Program-made: the position numbers and the translations under genes
Part shown: one piece after another, positions 23,110 through 32,784 of the stretch
How positions within the stretch are numbered: the first letter of the stretch is position 1
Layout of the letters: every line of letters begins with the position of its first letter
The notes under the pieces: model-generated
Told to the model about the DNA's origin: nothing
Databases searched by the model: none
Seen by the model: only the letters and a program-made list of their open reading frames with translations
Assembly (NCBI GenBank): GCA_900299145.1
Contig: OMIN01000031.1
Coordinates: forward strand, 249 to 64,248
Direction: 5' to 3'
Length of the DNA: 64,000 bases
From: Betaproteobacteria bacterium
GTDB lineage: Bacteria > Pseudomonadota > Gammaproteobacteria > Burkholderiales > SG8-41

Positions 23110-23991
23110 ATGTTCAAGGCGGCGAACCTTGCCTTCGGGCACGGCATCGCCAACGCACGCGACGAGGCCATCGTACTCACACAGCACGCACTAAAGCTGC
23201 CGCGACACACTTTTCCGGCCGCACTTAAAGTTACCGCACCGGACGCCACACGCGTGCTAGCCCTCTTCGAGCGGCGAATCTCCGAACGCAAACCAGCGGC
23301 CTACCTGACGCGCGAAGCGTGGCTCGGCGATCAAAAGTTTTACGTCGACGAACGCGTCATCGTCCCGCGCTCCTACATCGCGGAACTACTGCTGGAGCAC
23401 GACCACCCATTGCTGCCGCCGCCCGGCAAAGTGCGAACGGCGCTTGACCTCTGCACCGGCTCGGGCTGCCTCGCCATTCTGCTTGCAAAGCGCTATCGCA
23501 AGGCGCGCATAGACGCCACCGACATCTCGCCAGAAGCACTTGCCGTCACCGCCATCAATGTCAAGCGGCACCGCCTGAACCATCGAGTTAAATATCTGAT
23601 TTCAAACATTTTTTCAAACATCACCCGGCGGCGCTACGACCTCATCATCAGCAATCCGCCTTACGTGCGCGGCGCGGTGATGCGCCGGTTGCCGCGGGAA
23701 TACCGTCGCGAACCCGCGCTCGCACTTGCCGCCGGCGAAGACGGACTGGACATTCTGCGCGTGATCCTCGCCAACGCCGCAAAACACCTGCATCCCGGCG
23801 GCGTGCTCGTGGTGGAATGCGGACATGCGCGCACGCTAATTGAGCGAACCTGGCCGCAGCTGCCGTTTTTTTGGGTGGAAACCTCGGGTGGGGATGATTG
23901 CGTGTTTGTGTTGACGCGGGAGGAACTGCCTAGTTACCAACGCGTGCTGACAGGAATTGAAACAAACAGACAGCGCAAGCGCGGAACGTGA
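23110..23991 (+). CDS. prmB: Ribosomal protein L3 N5-glutamine methyltransferase (start uncertain)
   Basis: FGHG..NARDEA, VDERVIVPRS, DLCTGSGC, SNPPY. Confidence 0.92.
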   Translation: MFKAANLAFGHGIANARDEAIVLTQHALKLPRHTFPAALKVTAPDATRVLALFERRISERKPAAYLTREAWLGDQKFYVDERVIVPRSYIAELLLEHDHPLLPPPGKVRTALDLCTGSGCLAILLAKRYRKARIDATDISPEALAVTAINVKRHRLNHRVKYLISNIFSNITRRRYDLIISNPPYVRGAVMRRLPREYRREPALALAAGEDGLDILRVILANAAKHLHPGGVLVVECGHARTLIERTWPQLPFFWVETSGGDDCVFVLTREELPSYQRVLTGIETNRQRKRGT

Positions 23992-24036
23992 AACCGATCT
24001 GTAAATTACCGCTTCACTTTCTCGTTGGATAACGCT

Positions 24037-25092
24037 TCATGCCGGCAAAATGGCTTCTATATGCCGGGCGTCTTGCTTCAGTTCCCCGCGATCAATTCTC
24101 CGCACCAGCGCTGTCAATGCCGCATGGGTGGGCGCGGGCACGCCCGTCTCGATACCCTTCTCTGCAACCAGTCCGTTGGTAAAATCGATTTCGGATCGCC
24201 GCCCGCGCGCGACGTCACGACCCACGGACGATTGCGAGGGTTCCAGCAGCGTGGCCATCCAGGAGGTCAATCCGTCCTGCACCCGATTTAACGCAGCAGC
24301 ATCGCCACCATCAGCGCCCAGCCAGTCGTCCGGCTGTATGCCCAGCACGGTGCCCAGCTTGTAACCCTGTGCGCGGCCCACTGCGATGGCCTCGGCGGCC
24401 AGACGTACGCCAATGCGATGTTCGCGGCCACGCTCGATGTACACCACTCGGTTATCCTGTCCCGTAGCGCCCAGTAACCCGTGAGTGATGGTGTTGGCGG
24501 TGAGCTTGGTCCAGCGCTCGCCCCAGAGGTTGTCCGTGACTTTGGCCATGTCCACCGCATTGAGAATGCCAGCCAGTTCAGTTGCGCGTTCGGTCGCGCG
24601 GCCATGCACTTCGCCCACGCGAAACACCGCATGTTTGCCGTCGCTCGGCTGCTGATAACGGCTGATGTGGCCCGGCTTGTAGCAGTTGACGCTGATGGTG
24701 CTGATGATGCAGCCCACCGTCTTACCCCAGCCCGCCACGCCGGCGATACGCTCCTCATTCACGCCGTTTTGCATCGACACGATAAACCCCTGCGGCTTGA
24801 GATACTGCTTGATCATCAATGCCGCCCATTCGGTGTCGTACGACTTGGTGCAGATGATGGCGATGTCGATGGGCTTCTTTACAAAACTCTGCACCTCGTG
24901 GATGTGCATCGCCTTGACGCGCACGACATGCTCGCCCTGCGAACCGCCCAGATGCATGCCCTCGCGGTTAATGGTATTGACGTGCTCTGTCCACGGATCG
25001 ACCAGCGCCACGTCCTCCCCTGCACGCGCCAGATGCGCGCCGACATAACCGCCGACCGCGCCCGCGCCCACGAATACGATGTGTTTACCCAT
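24037..25092 (-). CDS. Ketopantoate reductase (PanE/ApbA)-like oxidoreductase, paralog A
   Basis: GAGAVGG, TKSYDT, QNG, ERWTKL, RSEID. Confidence 0.85.
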   Translation of the reverse strand: MGKHIVFVGAGAVGGYVGAHLARAGEDVALVDPWTEHVNTINREGMHLGGSQGEHVVRVKAMHIHEVQSFVKKPIDIAIICTKSYDTEWAALMIKQYLKPQGFIVSMQNGVNEERIAGVAGWGKTVGCIISTISVNCYKPGHISRYQQPSDGKHAVFRVGEVHGRATERATELAGILNAVDMAKVTDNLWGERWTKLTANTITHGLLGATGQDNRVVYIERGREHRIGVRLAAEAIAVGRAQGYKLGTVLGIQPDDWLGADGGDAAALNRVQDGLTSWMATLLEPSQSSVGRDVARGRRSEIDFTNGLVAEKGIETGVPAPTHAALTALVRRIDRGELKQDARHIEAILPA

Positions 25093-25116
25093 GATGCGAT
25101 TTCTCTTGAAAGTTCG

Positions 25117-26199
25117 TTACCGTGCCGGCGCGGCACGCTCGCTGATGAATTCATTCAAATTGTGCATGCCGCGCGCAATCTCACCCCGCTCCACCTGCTT
25201 GACCAACGCCGTCAACCGCGCCTGCGTGGGCGCGGGCAGCCCCACCTGTTCGCCCATCGCCGCGACATAGCCGCAGGTGTAATCGATTTCGGTGCGCCGC
25301 CCCTTCACCAGATCGTGCCCGACAGAACCATAGTGCGGCTCTTTCGAGCGCACCATCCATTTTTTCCAGCCCGCTTCGAGCTCCGCCAGAGCTGCCACTT
25401 GTCCATCTGCGGCCGCACACCACAGCGCGGGTGACATGCGCAATATCGGCTCAAGGTCATGCCCCAGCGCCTGGGCCACGCGTATTGCCTCGCCCGCGCA
25501 TTGGATCGCCAGCAGCCGCGTCTGCTCGTCCTGCATCAACTGGTGATCGTGAATGCCGGTGGCGCCGAGAATGCCGTGGTGCATCGAGTTGGTGACGAGC
25601 TTCGCCCAACGCTCGCCCCACAAATTACTGGTCACTTTCGAACTGTCGACCGACGATAGGATTTCAGCCACCCGTTGCGCGCGCGGCGTCACACGCCCAT
25701 GCATCTCGCCCACGCGAAACACCGTGTACGATTCGCCACCCGGAGTGCGCGCCCGCTCGACAACGCCGGGGCCGGTAACGCTGACGCTGATGGTGCTGGC
25801 AATACAACCCAGTGTGCGATCCGCGCCGACGATGGCGGCGATTTCATGTTCGTTGAGACTGTTTTGCACTGACACCACGAAGCCATTTTCACGAAGGTAC
25901 GGTGCGATCATTTTCGCGTTCCACGCAGTGTCGTACGATTTGGTGCAGATGAACGCAATATCCACCGGATCACGGATCAGCGATTGCACCTCGTGCAAAT
26001 GCATCGCCTCGGCGTTCGCGACCACCGAACCCAGCGGATCGGTCAGCCGGATGCCGTGCGCCTTAATGTGATCCACGTGCTCCGCCCACGAGTCGATGAG
26101 CGCCACGCGGTAGCCGGCGCGCGCAAGTTGCCCGCCGATATAGCCGCCAACAGCGCCGGCGCCCAGCACTGCCAGCCGCAAGGATTTCAGATCTGCCAT
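25117..26199 (-). CDS. Ketopantoate reductase-like oxidoreductase, paralog B
   Basis: GAGAVGG, TKSYDT, QNS, ERWAKL, RTEID. Confidence 0.85.
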   Translation of the reverse strand: MADLKSLRLAVLGAGAVGGYIGGQLARAGYRVALIDSWAEHVDHIKAHGIRLTDPLGSVVANAEAMHLHEVQSLIRDPVDIAFICTKSYDTAWNAKMIAPYLRENGFVVSVQNSLNEHEIAAIVGADRTLGCIASTISVSVTGPGVVERARTPGGESYTVFRVGEMHGRVTPRAQRVAEILSSVDSSKVTSNLWGERWAKLVTNSMHHGILGATGIHDHQLMQDEQTRLLAIQCAGEAIRVAQALGHDLEPILRMSPALWCAAADGQVAALAELEAGWKKWMVRSKEPHYGSVGHDLVKGRRTEIDYTCGYVAAMGEQVGLPAPTQARLTALVKQVERGEIARGMHNLNEFISERAAPAR

Positions 26200-26286
26200 A
26201 CCGTTCTTGCCCCTTTTCTGGATGGTTGCGCGCTGCCCCCGTCAACCGTCTCGACGCGCTAGGGAAGCTCATGCACAATAGTCGAC

Positions 26287-27333
26287 ATGATGTTACTTGA
26301 TTTTGTCCCGCACATACGGTTGCACCCCAAACGTCCACGCTATCGCATGCCGTGGGCAGCGCCGTTGGCGGCCGCCTTGCTGGCCGCACCTTGCAGCGCA
26401 TTCGCGCAGCCCTCCACAACACCGCCGACGCCGGGCTATCCGGCAAAGCCGCTGCGCTTCATGCTGGGTTTTGCGCCCGGCGGGGCATCCGACATCGTCG
26501 CGCGCATTGTCGGCGGGCGGCTTTCCGAAGTGCTGGGCCAGCCGGTAGTCATCGATAACCGCCCCGCCGCCTCCGGTTCCGCCGCCGCGGGGCTGATCGC
26601 GCGCTCGCCCCCCGACGGCTACAGCATGCTGCTCGCCGCCACCAGCACCATGGCGGTCAACCCCAGCATGTACCGCAATTTGCCATACGATTCGCTGAAG
26701 GATTTCACCTACGTCGCGAATTTTGTGTCCATGCCGAATGTGCTGGTGGTACACCCCAGCGTCGCCGCCAAATCAGTGCTCGATGTCATCGCACTCGCCA
26801 AGGCGGAAGGTGGCAAGCTGACATACGCCTCGGCGGGCATCGGCAGCGCGAATCACTTCACCGCCGAAATGTTCGGTTACCTTGCCAAGATCAAGATGAG
26901 CCACATCCCATACAAGGGCGGCGGCCCCGCGCTGATTGACGTTGCGGGCGGACAGGTGCCGGTGATGTTCGCCACCATCGTTTCGGGCATCCCCTACATG
27001 AAGACCGGCCGCCTGCGGCCGCTCGGCGTTACTTCCGCCGAACGCTCGCCCAGCCTGCCCGACGTGCCGACCATCGCCGAGGCCGGCGTGCCGGGTTACG
27101 AAAGCACCATCTGGTACGGCATGGTTATGCCGGCGGGCGTAGCCAAGTCCATCGTGTCCCGATTAAGCGGCGAAGTCGAAAAAATTCTTGGTGCACAGGA
27201 CGTGAAAGACCGCTTTTTCACGCTGGGCGCGAACACGTTTTTCATGACGCCGGAAAGGTTCACCACCTATGTGCGTGCCGAGATCAAGAAATGGCGGACG
27301 GTGGTGGAAGCTACGGGGATGCGGGCGGATTAG
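26287..27333 (+). CDS. Bug/TctC substrate-binding protein
   Basis: YPAKPLRFMLGFAPGGASD, DNRP, PDGYS, PDVPT; true start probably downstream. Confidence 0.92.
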   Translation: MMLLDFVPHIRLHPKRPRYRMPWAAPLAAALLAAPCSAFAQPSTTPPTPGYPAKPLRFMLGFAPGGASDIVARIVGGRLSEVLGQPVVIDNRPAASGSAAAGLIARSPPDGYSMLLAATSTMAVNPSMYRNLPYDSLKDFTYVANFVSMPNVLVVHPSVAAKSVLDVIALAKAEGGKLTYASAGIGSANHFTAEMFGYLAKIKMSHIPYKGGGPALIDVAGGQVPVMFATIVSGIPYMKTGRLRPLGVTSAERSPSLPDVPTIAEAGVPGYESTIWYGMVMPAGVAKSIVSRLSGEVEKILGAQDVKDRFFTLGANTFFMTPERFTTYVRAEIKKWRTVVEATGMRAD

Positions 27334-27434
27334 TAATCTATTGCGATGCGTCAGTGTGCGATATATATGTAAGTATTTGTTTTAATTGAGTATTATTTTA
27401 TTTGCTTGGCAGCACACCGGCACGGCACTCCCTA

Positions 27435-27601
27435 CTAATCCAGGACCAACGTCTCCGTCTTTGCCCTCTCCCCGAACAACAAATTATCATCGTCTTTTTG
27501 GATGCCCGTTCGGCGTCGGTCAACACCAGATCGCGGTGCTCGGGCGAGCCTTCGAGCTCGCGCATTTCGCAGCTACCACACACGGCCTCGGGGCAGGAAT
27601 C
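27435..27601 (-). pseudogene. Remnant of C-terminal 2Fe-2S ferredoxin domain of a PDR/VanB-type reductase
   Basis: SCPEAVCGSCEMRELEGSPEHRDLVLTDAERASKKTMIICCS, then frameshift to AKTETLVLD*. Confidence 0.75.
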
Positions 27602-27883
27602 TAGCCTGCCGGTCACAGTCGCTGTAAAGAAGATGCCTGCTCGCCATCTGAAGCAGAAAGACTTTTGCATCGCTGCTATTTTCAATCCAAGCGTCGCACC
27701 GGCGCACCAATGGGATCGCAGTAAAATCGGCCCGCGTCGCCGTTGATACCGTCGCCGGCACGCTACGGCACAAATGCAAGGACTCCACCATGCAACGACA
27801 TCCCTACACCCAAGCCCAGCCACCCGACCGCGAGCGGCTGGCATGCCCCCCTTCAGCCCACGATTAGTCCAGCGCCTGCATTC

Positions 27884-28846
27884 GTGAGCCCCAACTTTCG
27901 CGCCAGCGCTGGCAAGCGTTTGCAGCTACTCGCAGCGCTATTGCTGTTAGCCACCCTGTGCGCAGCACTGTCGGCCCATTTCTGGTTTTTTGAGCTCTTC
28001 AGCCATTTCAGGCCGTACTACGCGATGTTTGGAGTGCTGTGCGTTATCGGGCTTGGGGCCACGCGCGCCTGGCGCTGGGCGGCGGTGGCAATGCTGTTGG
28101 CACTGTGGAACGGTTATCCGATTGTGCGCTTGTTGCTGCAGGAATTCGTGCCGCCGACCAGCGTGTCGCGGCACGTCACGGTGTTTCATTTCAATGTGGG
28201 CTTGCACCATGAAGAGCCGCAACGCGTCGGCGCGTTTTTGCGCCGCCGCGCCAAACTGGTCGACGTGGTGGTACTGCTCGAAACCAGCGATCGGTTTGCG
28301 CCCGTGCTTGATGAACTCAAAGATGTTTTTCCGCATCAAGTCAGGCATCTGGAAGATTCGCCGTTCGGCATCGCCCTGGTAAGCCGTTTCCCCCTGCAAG
28401 GCACGGTATCGCGCGAACCCTCCGGTGCGTTCCCGCACATAGAGGCCGCGGCAGTGATGCCGGAGCGCGCTGAACCCTTGATGATTTACGCCGTACACGC
28501 GCCGCCGCCGATTGCCGGCGACATGGCTGCGGCGCGCAATCTCAAGTTTGATTACGTGGCGCGCAAGGCTGCCGCGCAACCCAACGCCACGCCCATCGTC
28601 GTGGGCGATTTCAACCTCACGCCGTGGTCACCGTATTTCCAGAAATTCATCGCGGACAGCGGTCTGCGGGATGCGCGTATGCCGCGCCGTTTCGACAACA
28701 CCTGGCCGGTGACCTTCAACAACGCCAACCTTGGTATCGCCATCGACCACAGCTTTGCGCACGCGTCACTGCCGCTGGTCAAGCGTGACATCGGCCCCGA
28801 TCTGGGTTCCGATCATCTGCCGGTAACGGTAACATTCGGCTACTGA
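27884..28846 (+). CDS. Membrane-anchored endonuclease/exonuclease/phosphatase (EEP) domain protein
   Basis: N-terminal TM helices; LLE, VGDFN, IDH, GSDHLP motifs; start uncertain. Confidence 0.85.
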   Translation: MSPNFRASAGKRLQLLAALLLLATLCAALSAHFWFFELFSHFRPYYAMFGVLCVIGLGATRAWRWAAVAMLLALWNGYPIVRLLLQEFVPPTSVSRHVTVFHFNVGLHHEEPQRVGAFLRRRAKLVDVVVLLETSDRFAPVLDELKDVFPHQVRHLEDSPFGIALVSRFPLQGTVSREPSGAFPHIEAAAVMPERAEPLMIYAVHAPPPIAGDMAAARNLKFDYVARKAAAQPNATPIVVGDFNLTPWSPYFQKFIADSGLRDARMPRRFDNTWPVTFNNANLGIAIDHSFAHASLPLVKRDIGPDLGSDHLPVTVTFGY

Positions 28847-28864
28847 AATATATCGGGAAACACA

Positions 28865-29746
28865 ATGGAAATCGGATTCATCGGCCTCGGCGCCATGGGC
28901 GCCGTTATCGTGCCACGTTTAATGGCGGCCGGCCACACGGTTACCGGCTGGAACCGCTCGAAAGAAAAAGCCGAAGCGCTGATCGCAGCCGGCATGCACT
29001 GGGGCGCCACGCCGCGTGAAGTCGCCGCCAAGTCGGAAGTGGTTTTTTCCATCGTTACCGATGCGGAAGCGGTAAAAGCTGTTGCATTGGGGCCGGATGG
29101 CATTATCTCGGGTCTTAAAAAGGGCGGCATTTTTCTCGATATGAGCACCATCGCGCCAGAGCCCAGCCGCGAAGTCGCCGCTGAGTTTGCCCAAGCGGGC
29201 CTCATCATGCTCGATGCGCCCATTTCCGGCAGCCCGGTGACATTGGTGCAAGGTAATGCGTCAACCATGGTCGGCGGAGACAAAGCCGCTTATGAAAAAG
29301 TGCTGCCGGTGCTGCTCGCCATCGGGCCGAAGTCAACCTACATCGGCGCCAACGGCATGGCGGTGCAGATGAAGCTCTCGGTTAACGCGCTGCTGATGGT
29401 TGAAGTTATCGCCTTTGGCGAAGCCGTGGCGCTGGCGGAAAAAGGCGGCGTGTCGCGCGAGATCGCGGTGGATGCCATTCTGAAAAGTGTCGCGGCCTCA
29501 CCCGTGCTGGGCTATCGCGGGCCGTTCATTTTGGAAGGTAAAATGCCCACCGTGCCGCTGGCGGATGTCACCCTACAGCAAAAGGACATGCTGCTGGTGC
29601 TGGAACAGGGCCGCAAACTTGGCTCACCCACGCCGCTCGCAGCAGCGGCCAATGAAATGATGAACGCCTGCCGCGGGCTGGGCATTGATCACAACGACTT
29701 TGTCGTCGCGCATCAGGCTTATCGCATATTAGGAGGACAAAAATGA
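28865..29746 (+). CDS. NAD(P)-dependent beta-hydroxyacid dehydrogenase (3-hydroxyisobutyrate/tartronate semialdehyde reductase family)
   Basis: IGFIGLGAMG, DMSTI, DAPISG, MKL..N. Confidence 0.9.
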   Translation: MEIGFIGLGAMGAVIVPRLMAAGHTVTGWNRSKEKAEALIAAGMHWGATPREVAAKSEVVFSIVTDAEAVKAVALGPDGIISGLKKGGIFLDMSTIAPEPSREVAAEFAQAGLIMLDAPISGSPVTLVQGNASTMVGGDKAAYEKVLPVLLAIGPKSTYIGANGMAVQMKLSVNALLMVEVIAFGEAVALAEKGGVSREIAVDAILKSVAASPVLGYRGPFILEGKMPTVPLADVTLQQKDMLLVLEQGRKLGSPTPLAAAANEMMNACRGLGIDHNDFVVAHQAYRILGGQK

Positions 29747-30177
29747 AACCCGATCAATACACGACACTGAAACCCTACAAAACCAGCCTCAAGGATCTCC
29801 CCAAAGTCGGCGGCCTCAAAGCTAAAGACGGCTGGGTCAATATGCAGGTCCAGTTTCTCATCAACGAAAAAACCTGCAACTCCGACAAACTACTGGTGGG
29901 CTGGACCGTGCTGCCGCCCGGCGCGCAACATGATCAGCATCGCCACTTCAACTGCGACGAATTCTGGATCGTCATCAAGGGCAAGGGCGTGATGTACGGC
30001 GAAAACGGCGAAGAAATACCTTCGAGTGAAGGTGACGTCGTGTTCACGCCGCGCGGGCACTGGCATGGCTTCAAAAACAATTCGACTGAAGACGTGGTGC
30101 TGGCGTGGGGCTGGAGCGGTGCGGGATCGCTGGAAGCAGCGGGATACGAATCGATTGAGGGTGGGCGTACGCACTAA
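29743..30177 (+). CDS. Cupin domain protein
   Basis: HRHFNCDEFW and PRGHWHG; ATGA overlap with upstream gene. Confidence 0.85.
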   Translation: MKPDQYTTLKPYKTSLKDLPKVGGLKAKDGWVNMQVQFLINEKTCNSDKLLVGWTVLPPGAQHDQHRHFNCDEFWIVIKGKGVMYGENGEEIPSSEGDVVFTPRGHWHGFKNNSTEDVVLAWGWSGAGSLEAAGYESIEGGRTH

Positions 30178-30231
30178 GCGAGCAGCTTCTAAAATAATTT
30201 AATTAAAACAAATACTTAAAACAAAATTCCT

Positions 30232-30307
30232 CCCTCACCCCTGCCCCTCTCCCTCATGGCGAGGGGTTCTAAGCCCTTCTCCCCTCGGGAAAAGGGCGGG
30301 GTGAGGG
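30232..30307. repeat. Composite REP-like palindrome between convergent genes (possible bidirectional terminator)
   Basis: Outer arms CCCTCACCCC/GGGGTGAGGG enclosing two CCCTCTCCC-type hairpins. Confidence 0.75.
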
Positions 30308-30344
30308 AAGCGCTTTGGAATGGGTCGCAAGTTCAGAACTCCCT

Positions 30345-31046
30345 TTAAACGCCCAGAAATGCCGTCAGCCGCGCATCAGCGCAGAGCACTGCCGCATCCC
30401 CTTCCAGTACGATTTCACCCTTTTGCAGCACCACCGCGCGATTGACGTGCGCCAGCACGCGACGATAGTTGCGGTCGACAATCAAGCACGCGATGCCGTC
30501 CTTGCGGATTTCGTCGATCACGCGCCAGATTTCCGCCACGACCAGCGGCGCAAGGCCTTCGGTGGCTTCGTCGAGCAGCATCAATTGCGGTTGCGTGAGC
30601 AGTGCACGGCCTATCGCCAGCATTTGCTGCTCGCCGCCCGACAGCAGCCCGGCGGGCTGATGCAGCCTTTCGGTGAGACGCGGGAATGTTGCCAGCACGC
30701 GCTCCAGTGTCCAGCCATCCATTTGCGGGGCACGCGCGGCCATCAGCAGGTTTTCCCGCACCGTGAGATTGGGAATCACGCCGCGGCCTTCGGGCACGTA
30801 GGCAACGCCGCGTCGCGACATCTCATGTGCGCTCGCGCGTGACAAATCTGCGCCCAGATATTGCACTGTGCCTTCGCGCCGCGCGACATGGCCCATCAGC
30901 GTGCGGATCAACGTGCTTTTGCCCATGCCGTTACGTCCCATGAGGCCCACGGATTCACCGCGCCGGACCACCAGATCAACCCCGTGCAGGATGTGGCTTG
31001 CGCCATACCAGGCGTGCACGCCGCGCGCGTCGAGCACGACGTCCAT
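30345..31046 (-). CDS. LIV-type ABC transporter ATP-binding protein (LivF-like)
   Basis: GRNGMGKST, LSGGEQQ, LLDEATEGLAP. Confidence 0.93.
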   Translation of the reverse strand: MDVVLDARGVHAWYGASHILHGVDLVVRRGESVGLMGRNGMGKSTLIRTLMGHVARREGTVQYLGADLSRASAHEMSRRGVAYVPEGRGVIPNLTVRENLLMAARAPQMDGWTLERVLATFPRLTERLHQPAGLLSGGEQQMLAIGRALLTQPQLMLLDEATEGLAPLVVAEIWRVIDEIRKDGIACLIVDRNYRRVLAHVNRAVVLQKGEIVLEGDAAVLCADARLTAFLGV

Positions 31047-31798
31047 CAGTCTTCCCCCAGATACGCTTCGCGCACTGCGGCGTGGCTGCGTATGGCTTGC
31101 GGCGTATCGCTGGCAATCACCGTACCGTTGACCATGACAGTGATTTCATCGGCGATGCGAAACACGGCATCCATGTCGTGCTCCACCAGCAGGATCGCGT
31201 GATCCGCCTTGAGTTCATTCAGCAAATCGAGCATGCGGCGGGTTTCCTCGGCGCCCATGCCCGCCAGCGGCTCGTCGAGCAACAACACGTCAGGACGGGT
31301 TGCCAGACACAGGGCGATTTCCAGTTGCCGCTGCTGGCCGTGCGAGAGTTCGCCGGCAATTTGCTGGTCCTGTCCGTCAAGGCCGGAGCGTAATAGCGCG
31401 TACCGCGCGGCCTGCAAACTTTCTTCACAGCGCCGCGCATCCTGCCACCACAGCCACGGCCTGGGCTGTAATGCCTGCGCGGCAAGCCGGCAGTTTTCCA
31501 GCACCGTCAATCCGGGGAATAACGTGGTGCGCTGATAACTGCGGCCCAAGCCCGCGCGCGCACGGCGCGGCTGGCGCCAGCGGGTGACATCCACGCCATT
31601 GAGTTCCACCCGCCCGGCGGACGGTTCAATTTCGCCCGACAACAAGTTAATCAAAGTCGATTTACCCGCGCCGTTGGTGCCGATCACCGCGTGCACGGCG
31701 CCACGCCGCAGGCTGATCGACACGTTGTCGACCGCAAGCACGCCCCCCCAGCGGCGGGTGAGTCCGCTGCCTCTCAACAAAATTTCAGGTGTTGTCAC
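31046..31798 (-). CDS. LIV-type ABC transporter ATP-binding protein (LivG-like)
   Basis: GTNGAGKST, LSHGQQR, LLDEPLAG, VEHDM. Confidence 0.93.
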   Translation of the reverse strand: MTTPEILLRGSGLTRRWGGVLAVDNVSISLRRGAVHAVIGTNGAGKSTLINLLSGEIEPSAGRVELNGVDVTRWRQPRRARAGLGRSYQRTTLFPGLTVLENCRLAAQALQPRPWLWWQDARRCEESLQAARYALLRSGLDGQDQQIAGELSHGQQRQLEIALCLATRPDVLLLDEPLAGMGAEETRRMLDLLNELKADHAILLVEHDMDAVFRIADEITVMVNGTVIASDTPQAIRSHAAVREAYLGED

Positions 31799-32774
31799 GC
31801 GGCGTACCTGCTAAATGGCGCTTGATTTCCGCTGGCAGGCCAACCAGGCCATTCGGCAGCAGTGTCACGCTGACAATGATGGCAAGCCCCAGTCCCAAAT
31901 GCCAATGCTTGGCGAGCGCGCCGAAAATCGCCTCGGATTTGAAGAACTCCTGCAGCAGCACAAAGGCAAATGCGCCGATCAACGCACCGCGCAAATGCCC
32001 GAGGCCACCTAGTATCACCATCACCAGTACCGCGCCAGAGAGGTGCCAGCTCATGAGTTCAGGGTTGACGAATCCATCTTTGACCGCGAACAAAAAACCC
32101 GCGAAGCCGGCAATCGCGCCCGACAGTGTGAAGGCCGCGAGCTTGTAGCCAAAGGTTGAATAGCTCATCGCACGCATGCGTTGCTCGTTCACGCGTATGC
32201 CCGCGAGCGCATGGCCAAAGCGCGAACGATTGAGCAGCGCCAGAAACAGAAATACCGCTGCGAGAACAACCAGCGTGAACCCGTAAATCATTACCGGCTG
32301 GTTCAGGTTAAGGGCTTCGCCAATGGCGGGCTTTTGCGTGAGATAAATGCCGTCGGTGCCGCCGCCCAGCGGCGTGTCGTGCGCCACGTAATAGGCCATT
32401 TGCGCAAAGGCCAGCGTAACCATGATGAAATAAACGCCGCGCGTGCGCAGCGACAACGCGCCCACCGCCAGCGCATATAGCGCGGCGGCGCACACCGCGG
32501 CAGGCAACAACAATACGAGCGATGCTGCACCATCCTTCGGCGTCAACAACACCGCCGCGTACGCGCCGATGCCAAAATAAGCCGCGTGGCCGAACGACAC
32601 CAGCCCCACACCACCGGCGATCAGTTCCAGACTCAAAGCGAAGATCGCGTAAATCATGATCTTGGTGATGAGATCCAGCCCGAAACTGCCACCGACAAAG
32701 GCATAGCCCGCCAACGCGACGAAGACAACCACAGTAAACACTGTCTGGGGAACCGAGGTCGCGCGCATGTCCAA
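31785..32774 (-). CDS. LIV-type ABC permease (LivM-like)
   Basis: GLVSFGHAAYFGIGAY, GVYFIMVTLAFAQ, GGTDG; alternative ATG at 32768. Confidence 0.92.
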   Translation of the reverse strand: MDMRATSVPQTVFTVVVFVALAGYAFVGGSFGLDLITKIMIYAIFALSLELIAGGVGLVSFGHAAYFGIGAYAAVLLTPKDGAASLVLLLPAAVCAAALYALAVGALSLRTRGVYFIMVTLAFAQMAYYVAHDTPLGGGTDGIYLTQKPAIGEALNLNQPVMIYGFTLVVLAAVFLFLALLNRSRFGHALAGIRVNEQRMRAMSYSTFGYKLAAFTLSGAIAGFAGFLFAVKDGFVNPELMSWHLSGAVLVMVILGGLGHLRGALIGAFAFVLLQEFFKSEAIFGALAKHWHLGLGLAIIVSVTLLPNGLVGLPAEIKRHLAGTPRDNT

Positions 32775-32784
32775 TCCGAATCGG

